A stretch of 64,000 nt of DNA from Eledone cirrhosa (Eukaryota), in assembly GCA_964016885.1 (NCBI GenBank), contig OZ024742.1, forward strand, positions 267,282,001 through 267,346,000, written 5' to 3'. Shown one piece after another: positions 1 to 12,574 of this stretch; position 1 is the stretch's first letter, and every line of letters begins with the position of its first letter. The notes under the pieces were generated by a model that saw nothing but the letters and a program-made list of their open reading frames with translations, was not told where the DNA came from and did no database searches. Made by a program: the position numbers and the translations under genes.

Positions 1-2474
1 ACCTCGACGGCCTGCCGCGCCTCTCGGACAGGGAGGCGAAGTCCTGCGAGGAGCCGATTTCGGCCGCTGAGATAGAGGACGTGCTGAGCCAATGCGGCAA
101 ACGCAAATCCCCGGGTCTCGATGGTCTTCCTTACGAATTATATCTAGCTATGCCGGACTTGTTCCCCGATCTCCTCGAGGCGGTCTACTGCAACTGGCAA
201 CAGAACGGGAGAATTCCCTGTACTGTGACCAAGGGCGTAGTCACGCTAGTGAGGAAGGACGAGAACAAGGGGGACGAAATAAGTAACTTCAGGCCCATAA
301 CTCTGCTAAATACAGAGTTACAGATTTTGGCCAAGGTGCTAGCAAAGAGGTTGGCGCTTGTCGTGGGCAACCTGGTGGGAGATGCGCAGACATGCGCTAT
401 CCCGTCCAGGTCCATCCATGACAACCTCCACCTCATGCGATACATCATAGAGAGGGTTGGGAACGAACCCGGCTTTGGTGGGGCTCTGATCAACTTGGAT
501 CAATCTAAGGCGTTCGATAGGGTCGACCATGGTTACCTGGATGCGGTGCTAGCGGCGGCAGGCTTCGGACCCGTTTTCAGGGGCTGGATCACTGCTATGC
601 ACAGCAGCCGCATCTGCTCTAGGGTCAAGGTGAACGGCTACCTCTCGGAGCCGTTCAAAATCGCGCGGTCCATCCGACAAGGGTGCCCTCTCTCCTCCCT
701 TCTGTATGTGTTGACTCTCGAGCCACTACTGCGGAAGTTGGAGTTGTTGCAGGGCATCCCTTTGGAACCGGGATTGCGGAAAGCGGTGTCAGCCTACGCC
801 GATGATGTGACAGTAATGGTGTCAACGGCCTCCGAAATCGAGGCGGTCGGCACCTTACTGGAGGAGTACGAAAAGTTCACAGGGGCTAAGCTGAACCGGG
901 ACAAGTCGATCGGTTTGCAACTCGGCACGTGGAGGGGCAGACCGATGCCCTCTGATGGCGTCGTCGGACGCTGGACGGAGGGCCCGGTGAAGTTGCTCGG
1001 GGTCTGGTTCGGACCGGACCTCCAGGTGGAGAAAAACTGGGCGGAGGTTACGAACAGGGTGTTTGCACTGACCCAGAAGTGGGCCAGTTGCAAACTATCC
1101 CTGAAAGGTCGGGCGGAGGTGGCGAACACTTATATAGCGTCCGTCATCTACTACCGCCTGACCGTAGTGCCCTGCCCAAGGGAAACCCTCACCAAGATGG
1201 AGCGCGCGCTCTTCCAATTCCTTTGGAAGAGGCGGGCTCCTATGGTGAGGAGATCCATCTGCTGTCAACACCCTTCGAAAGGAGGGCTGGGGATGCCGTG
1301 GCTAATGATGCGTAAACACGCATTAAGGCTACGGCACCTCTACGTATTCCTCACCGGACAACCGGTGTGGGCCTCGTTTGTGAGACGAACCTTTCCCAGA
1401 CTCGTCTCACTCACCGAGCTGCAATCCTGGGTCAAGCAAAGACCGAGAAAACTGGGCGCCTGGCACACTGAGTGTGCCCAGGCGCTCACCGCCCTCTGGC
1501 AGGCGGATCCGGTTATCAGTGGAGACTCCACCGCAACATTCTATAGAGGGCTGGTACGCAGCAGGTGCGACGACGCCCTCGGAGAAGCCCTAGACATGGA
1601 GGAGGACGAACTGGCCAGCCTGTTCGGTAGGACATTCAGCCCGGGACCTATGGACAACTTCCAGAAGTCCCTGGCCTGGCAGTGCTACCGAGGGGCTTTA
1701 CCCGTTCGAGAAAGGCTCTACAGACACGGGCGCCCGGGTAGGGACCCCGCCAAAAAGATCTGTCCCAGATGCGTGTGCGACGAGGAAACCGTTGCACACG
1801 CATTGGTACACTGCTCGGGCGTAGCCGATCTGTGGGGCTATGTCGAACAACTGCTGTCAAGGGTGGGACCGATCCGGTTGACCACCGAGTCTATTGTAAT
1901 GATCAAGCCGCCTCCCCCCTTCAAAGATGAAGCAGAGGCGGTGTTTCTGTGCGTAATAGCCATGGCGAAAGAGGTTGTATGGTGGACGCGTCTGAAAGGA
2001 CTGAGGTCAGGCACCTTTCTCTCTGGCCAACAACTGGTCCGTTTCTTCCGATATCATTTCGGAAGAAGGATCAGGATGGAGAGAGAGGTGCTGCACCCCA
2101 GTCGTTTTTATGAAAGGTGGGTGAAAGTGGCGAGAATGGCCCGTGTGAATGGGCCTTCTCTTTACATAAGCCTGTAGGTGGAAAAGAGGAAGGAACGAGG
2201 GAGCACCCCCTCTCTGTGCTCCTGAGGAAAAGGGTTGCACACTTTTTTCGGGGGTGTGTGCGACCCCCCAAGGCGCCTCCTCTCTATTGAGGATTTTGTT
2301 AAAAATTTTATTTTTTGTTATATCTTATTTTATTTTTATATTTTGTTATTGCCTCCTCCTTATTGAGGACGCCTTTTTGTGTAAACTCCCCCCTTTGTAC
2401 TTGTCCCACTTTTGATGCCCTAGTGGCAAATAAAAGAAACTTATCTATCTATCTATCTATAAATCTATCTATCT
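1..2474 (+). mobile_element. Tx1-clade L1 retrotransposon, 3' part (continues off the left edge)
   Basis: Open ORF2 to 2177, 3'UTR with AATAAA (~2429), then a (TATC)n tail at 2442-2474. Confidence 0.9.
3..2177 (+). CDS. ORF2p (RT + C-terminal zinc-binding domain), 5'-partial
   Basis: KSPGLDGLPYE, FRPITLLN, LDQSKAFDRV, QGCPLS, YADD, CPRC..ETVAHALVHC; frame open from position 3 (LDGLPRL). Confidence 0.92.
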   Translation, partial: LDGLPRLSDREAKSCEEPISAAEIEDVLSQCGKRKSPGLDGLPYELYLAMPDLFPDLLEAVYCNWQQNGRIPCTVTKGVVTLVRKDENKGDEISNFRPITLLNTELQILAKVLAKRLALVVGNLVGDAQTCAIPSRSIHDNLHLMRYIIERVGNEPGFGGALINLDQSKAFDRVDHGYLDAVLAAAGFGPVFRGWITAMHSSRICSRVKVNGYLSEPFKIARSIRQGCPLSSLLYVLTLEPLLRKLELLQGIPLEPGLRKAVSAYADDVTVMVSTASEIEAVGTLLEEYEKFTGAKLNRDKSIGLQLGTWRGRPMPSDGVVGRWTEGPVKLLGVWFGPDLQVEKNWAEVTNRVFALTQKWASCKLSLKGRAEVANTYIASVIYYRLTVVPCPRETLTKMERALFQFLWKRRAPMVRRSICCQHPSKGGLGMPWLMMRKHALRLRHLYVFLTGQPVWASFVRRTFPRLVSLTELQSWVKQRPRKLGAWHTECAQALTALWQADPVISGDSTATFYRGLVRSRCDDALGEALDMEEDELASLFGRTFSPGPMDNFQKSLAWQCYRGALPVRERLYRHGRPGRDPAKKICPRCVCDEETVAHALVHCSGVADLWGYVEQLLSRVGPIRLTTESIVMIKPPPPFKDEAEAVFLCVIAMAKEVVWWTRLKGLRSGTFLSGQQLVRFFRYHFGRRIRMEREVLHPSRFYERWVKVARMARVNGPSLYISL

Positions 2475-2850
2475 GTTGCTGTTGTTGTCGTTGTTGTTGT
2501 TGTTGTTTTCAAATTATTGTGTAGTTGTGGCTACATCTAGTGGTCGGTCAACAGGTGAAGACAATTCTTCCTCTCTCTGACCTCTGCCTTTGACATCTGC
2601 TGCTGTGACAGTGGCAGGGGGAAGCTGTGAGTATGACTTCCCCTTTCCTTCTTTGATTGATGGTGAAGAGGCTTCAGCCATTTTTCTCAAAATAGGTTTT
2701 TTCGAAGTTTTTCGAAAGATAAAATGTTCACAATACTATTTCGCCCAAAGGCGCAGAATATTTTGAGAGACCGACCAGATCAAAATTTGACCTGGCAGTC
2801 CCTCTACAAAATGGTACAAAAATGAAAGTTTACAGTTTACAATTTCCGTA
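2475..2850 (-). mobile_element. 5' fragment (5'UTR + ORF1 start) of an antiparallel Tx1-like element
   Basis: ATG at 2681 (MAEASSPSIKEGKGKSYSQLP) running into an (AAC)n tract like the other ORF1 N-termini; 5'UTR hairpin 2737-2760. Confidence 0.5.
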
Positions 2851-2867
2851 TGAATATAGAGAGAGAG

Positions 2868-3002
2868 AGAAAAAGAGATGAAATCGAAAATGCAACTGGA
2901 GTCTTATTTTATTTATTTTTTTTTTTTTTTATAAATATATATATTTAAAAAAAAAAAAAAAAATAAGACTCCAGTTGCATTTTCGATTTCATCTCTTTTT
3001 CT
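2868..3002. repeat. Inverted repeat around an oligo(T)-TA-oligo(A) centre
   Basis: AAAAGAGATGAAATCGAAAATGCAACTGGAGTCTTATTTT and its exact reverse complement. Confidence 0.9.
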
Positions 3003-3121
3003 TTATACTTTCACTCGTTTAGGACACCTCGGTTATTTTCAATTTGTAAAAAAAACCTCACTTTCTAATATATATATATAATATATATATATATAATATA
3101 TATATATATTATATATATATA

Positions 3122-3465
3122 ATATAATATAAAACGAAAAATCAGTGATGCATCTGGACACAATTTATTGTGTTACAATTGTTTCGCCGGCAGACAGCTC
3201 GAGACACGATCATTGTATGGATCTGACTGATTCTGGAAACTGCAGGTTTGTCGGACACTGGCAATAATTCCGGATCATACAGATCCATACAATGATCATG
3301 TCTCGAGCTGTCTGCCGGCGAAACAATTGTAACACTCAATAAATTGAGTCCAGATGCATCACTGATTTTTCGTTTTATATTATATCACACTCTGCTCTGT
3401 AAGAATATAGAGTGCTCAACCGGCATACCGCCTATGGAAGCATCATAGCTACCATCAGACACACA
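3122..3465 (+). mobile_element. Non-coding Penelope-like mini-element: inverted arms with a degenerate hammerhead
   Basis: Arms 3122-3225 / 3280-3385; motif (A/G)TGT-CTCGA-GCTG..CGGC-GAAAC-AATT-GTA-ACAC at 3298-3335; flanked by TA-rich tracts. Confidence 0.6.
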
Positions 3466-3467
3466 CA

Positions 3468-3855
<388 letters not shown>

Positions 3856-4079
3856 ATGGAGAATTCGGAGAGTGAGAGAACAGATTGGAACATAGGACCA
3901 TCGAAAATGTTTTTACGATGGTTGGATTGGTAAACATTTGGTCCGGCTTTAAAGAGTGGGGGCAGAGATGGAGAGTGAAATTGTGTCATGTGTGTATTTA
4001 TGTGTACAGTTATGGTGAATTTCGTAGGTATGCATTATTGGTCGTGACTACATGTGCGTGTCTGAGTAATTATATCATT

Positions 4080-4133
<54 letters not shown>

Positions 4134-4253
4134 TATAGATTTACATATACATAAACTAGACAGAGCCATAGATATATATATGTGTTTTTGGCAACCATTC
4201 ACGGTGTGGCTCAATGAATAATTAATTAATTTAATAATCAACAATCAGAGCAA

Positions 4254-4834
4254 TATATAAGAAAGTAAGTCCATAGAATCATTTAATAAAATATTTACAG
4301 TATTTCTCCTCCCAATCAGCATAATTAACCACACAAAAAAATCAATTAAACGAGGCTATAAGTTTGAAATGTACCTATGAAGAAACAGTAGATAAATAAA
4401 TGATAGCTATTTTATCCTCGATCAACAGCCACAGAAGATTTACCTAGTATTTCTAATAGCCCGTAGAAATTGATTAGACATATAGCCAATCATACACAAT
4501 TAGGTACAAAATCAAAGTCGGAAGAAAAATTACATAAACATACCAAAATTATGTTTCTACCCCATCAGGTTTCATTCGCTTTTTGGAAATATCCGACCAT
4601 GGATAAATTCACGAGTTTCGAAATCATCAGGAAACACTGAATTGGAGAAAGATTTTTCTTAAATGATCTCCGCCAGAAACGAATTCAAAATGGCTAACAA
4701 TTATCACATGGCCAGTGGTCAAGTTAGAAAGCTTGTGATTGGTGCCTGACGGCGAGCAGGCTGGTATGTTTATTATGCTGATTGGGAGAAGAAATACTGT
4801 ATATAATTTATCAAAGATTCTATGGACTTACTTT

Positions 4835-4840
<6 letters not shown>
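4254..4840. mobile_element. MITE-like element with ~70 bp terminal inverted repeats
   Basis: TATATAAGAAAGTAAGTCCATAGAATC...CCCAATCAGCATAAT (4254-4325) inverted at 4772-4840; TA flanks; no ORF. Confidence 0.7.
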
Positions 4841-4893
<53 letters not shown>

Positions 4894-5149
4894 GGAAAAA
4901 ATGAAACGAAATTTCATTTCCCACTCTTCGTACGGCTGTTTCTTAAATATAAGTATGTACACGTACATACATATATACGTACAGTAGTATGTATATATAT
5001 ATATACATACATGCACATATATATATATGTACGTATGGATTCACCGAACATTTATTATAATGCTCGGTGTGTTTGTAAACAAACATCACGTATTAAGCCG
5101 TAGTGTCTAGCAACCATCGTTGCTCGTTTGTTCAACACTGACAAAGGAA

Positions 5150-5190
5150 CGCTGTACTAGTTTCAAGCTTATTAGCTATCGTCAGCAACG
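5150..5190 (-). ncRNA. Minimal type I hammerhead ribozyme
   Basis: Minus strand CGTTG-CTGACGA-tAGCT aata AGCTt-GAAAC-TA-GTA^CAGCG: full core, stems I/II, palindromic stem III ACTAGT. Confidence 0.85.
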
Positions 5191-5883
5191 TATACCTTCC
5201 TGCCAGATTGTTGAACGTATATACTTACCTTTTGCATATTAATGGCTGAGTAGCCCAATTTGCATATCGAGTGAGTTAATCGGCCGGGTGCACCGAAAAC
5301 GATAAACGGATAAAATGAAACGAAATTTCATTTCCCACTCTTAGTACGGCTGTTACTTAAATATAAGTATGCATACGTACATACATATATGTATACAGAC
5401 GTACAGTAGTATGTATATATCTATATATACATACATGCACACATATATATATGTACGTATGGATTCACCGAATATTTATTATAATGCTCGGTGTGTTTGT
5501 AAACAAACATCCCGTATTAAGCCGTAGTGTCTAGCAACCATCGTTGCTCGTTTGTTCAACACACTCTCTCTCTATATATATATGTATATCAGTAGAAAGA
5601 TTAATAAATCCATGTGTATATATGGAAAAAAATGAAATTTAATTTCTCACTCTTAGTACGGCTGATACTTAAACTTAAGTATGTATACGTACATACATAT
5701 ATGTATACAGACGTACAGTAGTATGTATCTACATACATACATGTACACATATATATATGTACGTATGGGTTTACCGAACATTTATTATAATGTTGGTTTG
5801 TTTGTAAACAAACAGCCCGAATTATTAGCCGTACAGTGTTCGGCAACCATCGCTGCCCTATTTGTTCAACACTGACATAGAAA

Positions 5884-5924
5884 CGATGAACTAGTTTCTA
5901 GCTTATTAGCTGTCATCAGCACCG
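5884..5924 (-). ncRNA. Minimal type I hammerhead ribozyme (second copy)
   Basis: Minus strand CGGTG-CTGATGA-cAGCT aata AGCTa-GAAAC-TA-GTT^CATCG. Confidence 0.85.
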
Positions 5925-6849
5925 TATACCTTCCTGTCAGTTGATTGAACCTTTGAAAGTATATACTCTCCTTATGCATAGTTCATCGTTCCTTTGTCAG
6001 TGTTGAACAAATAGGGCAGCGATGGTTGCTGAACACTGTACGGCTAATAATTCGGGCTGTTTGTTTACAAACAAATCGAACATTATAATAAATGTTCGGT
6101 AAACCCATGCGTACATATATATATATGTGTGCATGTATTTATGTATATACATACTACTGTACGTCGGTATACATATATGTATGTACGTATACATACTTAC
6201 ATGCGTATATATATATATATATATATACTAGCCGCCATACCCAGCGTTGCCCGGGTATAAGTCTACCATTAGTAAATAATTTTATTAAACAGAAAACAAC
6301 GTAGCACGACCCCCCCCCCCAAATATCTATTTTTTAACCATAAGAAATATGTGTTGTTCAATGTAAAAACGGTAAAATATTATGGCATATGAAAGGTGAA
6401 TGAGTTTAAAAGTGTGACGCTGACGCGGTGAAGCTCCAGACGCGAACTACGCCACGAGGAAGTCAGCAGCCCAAAAGTGAGTCACATGGAATTTATGACA
6501 AAGATGTGGGATGTTTGGCAATTCAGGGACTGAAGTCGTTGCGGGATGACGGAGATAATGTATGACGACTTTGAGTGGAAGGTACAGATGAGAGGGGTGC
6601 ATACGTTTGCTACAGTAGAAACATGTAAATTTTTCGTTATGCATTGCGTATATGTAGGCATTCTAATGATTTATGTAGTTTGAAATGCTTACCATTCTGT
6701 ATAGTCGTGGCTGCCAATAGAAACTGTGACGTTGCTTTCCTTAGACTGATTGCAGTGACATAGACCAAACATGAAGGACGCTCAAAATTCCTCAACACAA
6801 ATTCTGCACCAACCTCGATTGCAAAAGTAACAGAGAATAACGAATAGCG

Positions 6850-7300
6850 CTTATTACGCCAAAAGAAAAATGCTGAAGCAACTTCTATTGCACGAGATGC
6901 AGAAGACGAAACACAACGTTCGATGCGACAGCATATAAATGCTGAGGAAACTGCTGCTGCTTGAGGTGCAGAAAACGATTCTCAACCCTCACTGCGACAG
7001 AAAGCAAATATTGATGCAACGTCTATTGCAGGTGATGCAGAGAACGACCCACGGCGGCATAGAAATGCTGAGGCAACTTCCGCAGCTCGAGCTGCATCAA
7101 CCGAAACAAAGCGTCAACTGCAGCAGTAAAGAAATGGGAGTCAACTTCCGCAGCTCGAGCTGCATCAACCGAAACACAGAGTCAACTGCGGCAGCAAATA
7201 ACCGTGAGTCAACGTCTGCTGTTTGAGCTGTATCAACTGAAACAAGGCGTCCAACTGCGGCAACAAAGACATGTGAATCAACGTCTGCTGCACGCGCTGG
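6850..7300 (+). repeat. Degenerate ~63 bp tandem repeat resembling RepHel N-terminal charged repeats
   Basis: Repeated AATGCTGAGGCAACTTCCGCAGCTCGAGCTGCATCAACCGAAAC (NAEATSAARAASTET..RQL). Confidence 0.6.
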
Positions 7301-7499
7301 CAAATCCATGGAAAACTGGCTCAACCAACTAGAGGGGAACGTGCATTTCAATACCGTGCAGCTCAAAGTGGTCACAAAGTTTACAGTCGAAAATGTATGG
7401 TGTTATGAATTTCAAAAAGGCAGTATATCTAAAATTTGGTAATTATTGAAAGCAGCGAGATATTTGATTGTTAGAAGACGGTTTGTGTCACAGTGTTGA

Positions 7500-8732
7500 T
7501 TACAGAACTTCTTGGTACACTATGCTTGTGGTTTTACCGTTTGGAGCAAATGCATAAAGGTTTCTTTTGCTTCCCACTCTGTAACATCCAACGTATAGCT
7601 GACCGTGAGAAAAGCATGGCTCTTCTAGGTTTATTCCCGCGACGGACAATGTTTGCCCCTGAGACTTATTTATCGTGATAGCGAAACTACAACGAACTGG
7701 AAACTGGAGCCTCCTAAATGAAAAGGGGATCTCTGATGTTGACGGACAAAGGGGAATCCTTGGGATAAAAACATTTTCCCCCTTTCCACACCCCGAGAGA
7801 ATCGTCGCCTCGATCAAGTTTTGCGTTAGTTTATTTACTGTAAGGCGGGTGCCGTTGCAGAGTTTTGGTGGGTGTAGATTCCTCAAAAGCATAATTGGGC
7901 ATCCTTGCTTAAGTTCAAATCGATGAGATGGCAACGCGGAGGGGTTCATTGAGTTAAGAAACTCAATTGGGTAGGTAATTGTGTCTGTGACAGTATCGAT
8001 GGACTTGTATGTACACGAAGTTGTATCAAGAGACTTAAGCAGTTGTCCGTTGATTTTGTCGACAGTCTCATTTTTCAGAGCCAGTATGGATTTTCGCACA
8101 GCCAGTTTGTATTTTGGTAGTTACTGCTCAACTCAGGGAACACTGCTTCTGTCAAGTTGTCAGCACTGTCGACTAAAGTGCAGACAGGTTAGAGGGAGAT
8201 TTTTCATGTTCATCAAGTGGCACTTTGCCGTTCCCAAGTGTCAATAGGTTGGTAGTAAAATCTGATGACACTTGGTCACCTAGCATCCGAACTCTCATGT
8301 TAGTAGAGAGCGTTAATGTTGTGACATAACGCCAAAGCGGAGATGACTTAAAGCATGCTTGAATAACATCAGCCCTTGTTCCTTTGGGACTAACAGGGAG
8401 GGTTTGTCTAAAATCTCCGGATAAAAGGACAGTCACGCCTCCCATGGGATCCTTGGAGTCTCTTATGTCTCTTAAAGTCCGGTCCAGTGCCCCCAAAGCT
8501 CCTTTATGAGTCATGGTACATTCGTCCCAAACTATAAGTTCACACCATTTAAGCAGTCATGCCTTTTCTGATCCTTTGGTAATATTACAGCAGGGGTAGT
8601 TTGAAGGCTGAATGTGCTGTCCTTCCCCCAGGAAGCAAGGTTGCTGTAATACCGGAAGACGCAACAGCAAGTGATATGTGTCTGTGTTTACGAACCTTGG
8701 CAAGGAGAAGCCGTATGACAAAAGTCTTCCCT
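7500..8732 (-). pseudogene. Helitron PIF1-family helicase, frameshifted
   Basis: GKTF, VASSGITATLLPGGRTAHSAFKLP, WDECTM, GDFRQTLPV, LCNGTRL, FAITINKSQGQT, FSHGQLYV. Confidence 0.92.
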
Positions 8733-8840
8733 TACATACATATATATATAGTAATTAATAATAATAAATTTGAAGACTAAAATCCAAAGAGGGCTCGATA
8801 AGGATAAATATATATCAAATATATAAGAAGCGTAGAGCAA

Positions 8841-8977
8841 ATATTTATTAAAATAACAGATTAAAGTTTAAGCAAAGAATCGCTGCTTTCTCCCTTAACG
8901 GGATCTTCTGAAGATCCCGTTAAGGGCTAAAGCAGCGATTCTTTGCTTAAACTGTAATCCGTTATTTTAATAAATAT
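8841..8977. repeat. Fold-back palindrome centred on a hammerhead-like core
   Basis: 68 bp arms, centre T8909; arm consensus CTGAAGA-TCCC GTTAA GGGA-GAAA. Confidence 0.85.
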
Positions 8978-8990
8978 ATATATATATTAT

Positions 8991-9719
8991 ATATAGAATA
9001 CACAAGAATCAAAGTTATGTTTAAAACATTTAATCGCTGACAATTGTTTCTTCCAAACCTAGACTTGGAGTGTTCGGAGCATTAACAATGTTTGTACATA
9101 TAATTAACCTCCTATTCAACTGAAGAATCATACATTAGCTTAAAGTGCTTGTATTTCATGTAATACCTTGCCATACAGTACTCATATATGCATGATACAT
9201 TTGCTTGCTCCATTCCTTTATATATGACTAACGCATGTACTATCTCGTTAATTTAATTATTAGACCATTCTCTTGTATTATCTGTCGCATGTATTCCACC
9301 CTAAGCTTTTAATTTTAATTTTAAATTTAATCTTAATTTGAATTATTGTACAATTATAGTATAATATAATATATGTTGCATCCTTCCACACTGTAAACAT
9401 GAAACTGTTGTCCACAACATCAATATATGTATCTGTATAATTCTTCAGTTGAATAGGAGGTTAATTATATGTACAAATATTGATAATGCTCCGAAGACAC
9501 CAAGCCTAGGTTTGGAAGAAACAATTGTCAGCGATTAAATGTTTTAAACATAACTTTGATACTTGTGTATTCTATATTACTGCTCTGTGAAACAACTGAT
9601 ATTCTTACATTGAGCTATTTATCTTACTGGTAATAAGGTAGTAATAAAATACTGACCTTCCCTGTTTATAGTTGTTTATAGTATCGTATATACATAACTA
9701 TAAATAGTATCTTTAATAT

Positions 9720-9720
<1 letters not shown>
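8991..9720 (+). mobile_element. Non-coding PLE-like mini-element with inverted arms
   Basis: Arms ~8991-9134 / 9435-9576, ~300 bp spacer, hammerhead inside the arm, (TA)n flanks. Confidence 0.7.
9485..9536 (+). ncRNA. Hammerhead motif with CCGAAGA core variant
   Basis: AATGCT-CCGAAGA-caCCAAG cctagg TTTGGaa-GAAAC-AATT-GTC^AGCGATT. Confidence 0.65.
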
Positions 9721-9758
<38 letters not shown>

Positions 9759-10069
9759 CACACACACTCACGCACGCAAACGCTCAAACGCACGCAAACT
9801 CATGCACGCACGTGTGCACGAACACACATGTTAATAGATTTAACTCTTACTGGAACGCTGCACGAACACGCACACACACACAAGCGCGCACGCACACACA
9901 CACACATGTTAATTAGTTATAGCTTTCCTTCCCCTCTTGCACTGTCAAACACAGCTTCTGTCGCTCTCTCTTTCTATCTCTCTCTCTCTCCGGCTATCTT
10001 CCTCTTCTAGTCTGTCTGTTTCTTTCACTCTCACTCTTTCTTTTTCAATTTTATAGATATAGAGATTTT

Positions 10070-10238
10070 TTTGTGCAAAGTCGTACCTATAGTCAGTTTT
10101 ATCGATGATTTACATGGACCACGGGGGAGTCGATCATTCCCAATGTCGTGCTGACTTGCCCTGATAATTCTGTGGTTGATTACAAAAAGGATTTTGAAAA
10201 TCGGCCTTGCGGATCAAAAGTTGCTGCGGAACACACAC

Positions 10239-10297
<59 letters not shown>

Positions 10298-10325
10298 TTT
10301 TCATTTATATATATATATATATATA
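10070..10325 (-). mobile_element. Helitron-like 5' terminal segment
   Basis: Minus strand ..TATATATAAATGAAAATGTCTG(TG)n..TTCCGC...GGCCGATTTTCAAAAT, resembling invertebrate non-autonomous Helitron 5' ends. Confidence 0.5.
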
Positions 10326-10488
10326 TATCAGTACAAATATTACATATTTTATCAAAATCGATTTCACAAACAGCTTTGTCACAAGGCATAAACAACCACA
10401 CACACACACAAATACACAAAGACTCGCACAGGCGCGCATGCACACATACACACGCACACACACACGCACACGCACACACACACACACA

Positions 10489-10601
<113 letters not shown>

Positions 10602-10708
10602 GCATGTGTGTAAATTCATTTTCTAAAAGTTTAACAAAAGTTAGGAATCGATTCATTCTTTGGGTATATGGCAATATTCTGTGTTATATATGTAGGTTAC
10701 AGAGCTTA

Positions 10709-10852
10709 ATAGTTAAGTAATAAACAACATAAGATAATTACTTCATTTACCAGTGTTTTCTTGAAAGCAAACAAATCTGCTTTAAAAGCAGATTTGTTTG
10801 CTTTCAAGAAACCACTGCTAAATGAAATAATTATCTTATGTTGTTTATTACA

Positions 10853-10859
<7 letters not shown>
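10709..10859. repeat. Fold-back palindrome (75 bp arms)
   Basis: Centre A10784; a few mismatches; arm consensus contains GAAAC-CACTG-GTA (possible hammerhead 3' half); abuts (TA)n. Confidence 0.85.
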
Positions 10860-10900
<41 letters not shown>

Positions 10901-10976
10901 AAGATAGACATAGAATATTCGAAAATATTCTGTATGTTTATAATAAACATATAATAAACGCTATTTCAGAGCATTT

Positions 10977-11055
<79 letters not shown>

Positions 11056-11057
11056 TA

Positions 11058-11088
<31 letters not shown>

Positions 11089-12574
11089 TTATATATGTTT
11101 ATATTAATATAAATATATATATGTGTGTGTGTGTGTGTGTATATTTATATGTATGCGTGTGAGTGTGTGTATATATGTGTGCATGTGTGATTATATGCGC
11201 GTGTGAAAACGTGAACAATCTTATGATCGTAGAAACAATGAAGGATCAATAGCTTACGGCAATGTATTTGAAATAATATAAATATAAGTTATCCCATCTC
11301 TATCTCATTCCGGCTCTAGCCCACCCTTCTCTCACTCTCTCTATCTATCTATCTCCTTCTCTCCCTCTCTCTTTTCCTTCAGGCATGCACACAAACACAC
11401 ATGTTCTTAGGTACATACAATGGAATTAATCGATGCGAGCATGCGGCGTTTTCACTTAAACGACAACGCTTTCCTGTGCCTTAATAATCTTTTGATCTCT
11501 GTGTTACGGAGATCACGTTGTTGCCCGTCAGATGTCTCTGATTGCTCTATGGATATCAATGATTGATGTTAACATTGAAAAAGGGTGCGTAAATTGAAAG
11601 GAAAATGTGGCTGTGAATGATCATCTGAGAATTTGAATGACAGATGAGATTCAGAGTAAAAGGAAAATGACTGAAAACATCTGAAGATTGTCACCTCTGA
11701 CAGTTATTTATTTTAATATTAGACTTTGTTTGGAAATTGCTGAAGCCCACGATTCATGAAATAGACGTATTGGTCAAATCTCTTACATTTTTGTATGATC
11801 TATTTTCACATAATCTCTCCATCCCTACCCTATCTCCCTCTTTCTTCCTCTTTTACACATTTTATTTGTAGTTCTTCTGTTCATTTGACCTCTTTATCAA
11901 CTTGACTGCTTTCTACATTTAAGTCATCAATCAGTCAATCAATACATCAATTTATCTTATTCTCTCTGTCTCTCTTCCTCCTCCTCTCTATAAACAAAAA
12001 ACAAAGATTCACATACACACTCATTTGTACGTATATGTATACATGTACACGGCTATGGGTATATTAAGTGTATAGATGTACTTATGAACACATCTCTATT
12101 TCTAAGTCTATATATGTATCTATCTAGCTATCTACATACCACTCACTCTCCTCCCCCTCTCCCCCTCTCCCTCTCTCTCTATATATATATTTGTGTGTGT
12201 GTGTGGGTATGTCTGTCTGACTGACTGTAGATCAACTTTAGTATATCTCAATCTCTAAAAGCCACACGTGGAAATTTCTCGTTTTCTGAAAATTTCTCAT
12301 CGCAATCACCTCTCCCCCACATATATGCGCTCACAGATACCCTGGTGCAAACACACACAGATGTATACATATACGTACATTCAAACATACATGCACAGTA
12401 GTAAATAAAGTTTTGAAAATAACGTTTTTATAGACTGTAAAATGAAAAATAAATTCTAAGAGGAATTACATGGGTGGAACTAAAGGCTAAAATGCGTTTT
12501 TCTTAGGAGCGCTGTAAAATATTGTTACATGTATATAACTATCAGGTTGGCTCCAACATAACTGTATACATATA

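Larger units (their letters stand above)
4890..6200 (-). mobile_element. Hammerhead-bearing tandem repeat (~415 bp period) with terminal inverted copy; retrozyme/PLE pLTR-like
   Basis: Direct units start ~4890, ~5305, ~5622; inverted copy 5979-6200; two hammerheads. Confidence 0.7.
6228..8732 (-). mobile_element. Helitron, 3' portion
   Basis: Minus-strand 3' terminus: hairpin TACCCGG-GCAACG-CTGGGTA then CTAG|T at 6228-6231; co-oriented PIF1 helicase. Confidence 0.85.

Noticed and set aside
5221-5230. ATACTTACCT resembling the U1 snRNA 5' end
   Set aside because: Following sequence is not U1; at most a minus-strand splice donor, and absent in the sister copy
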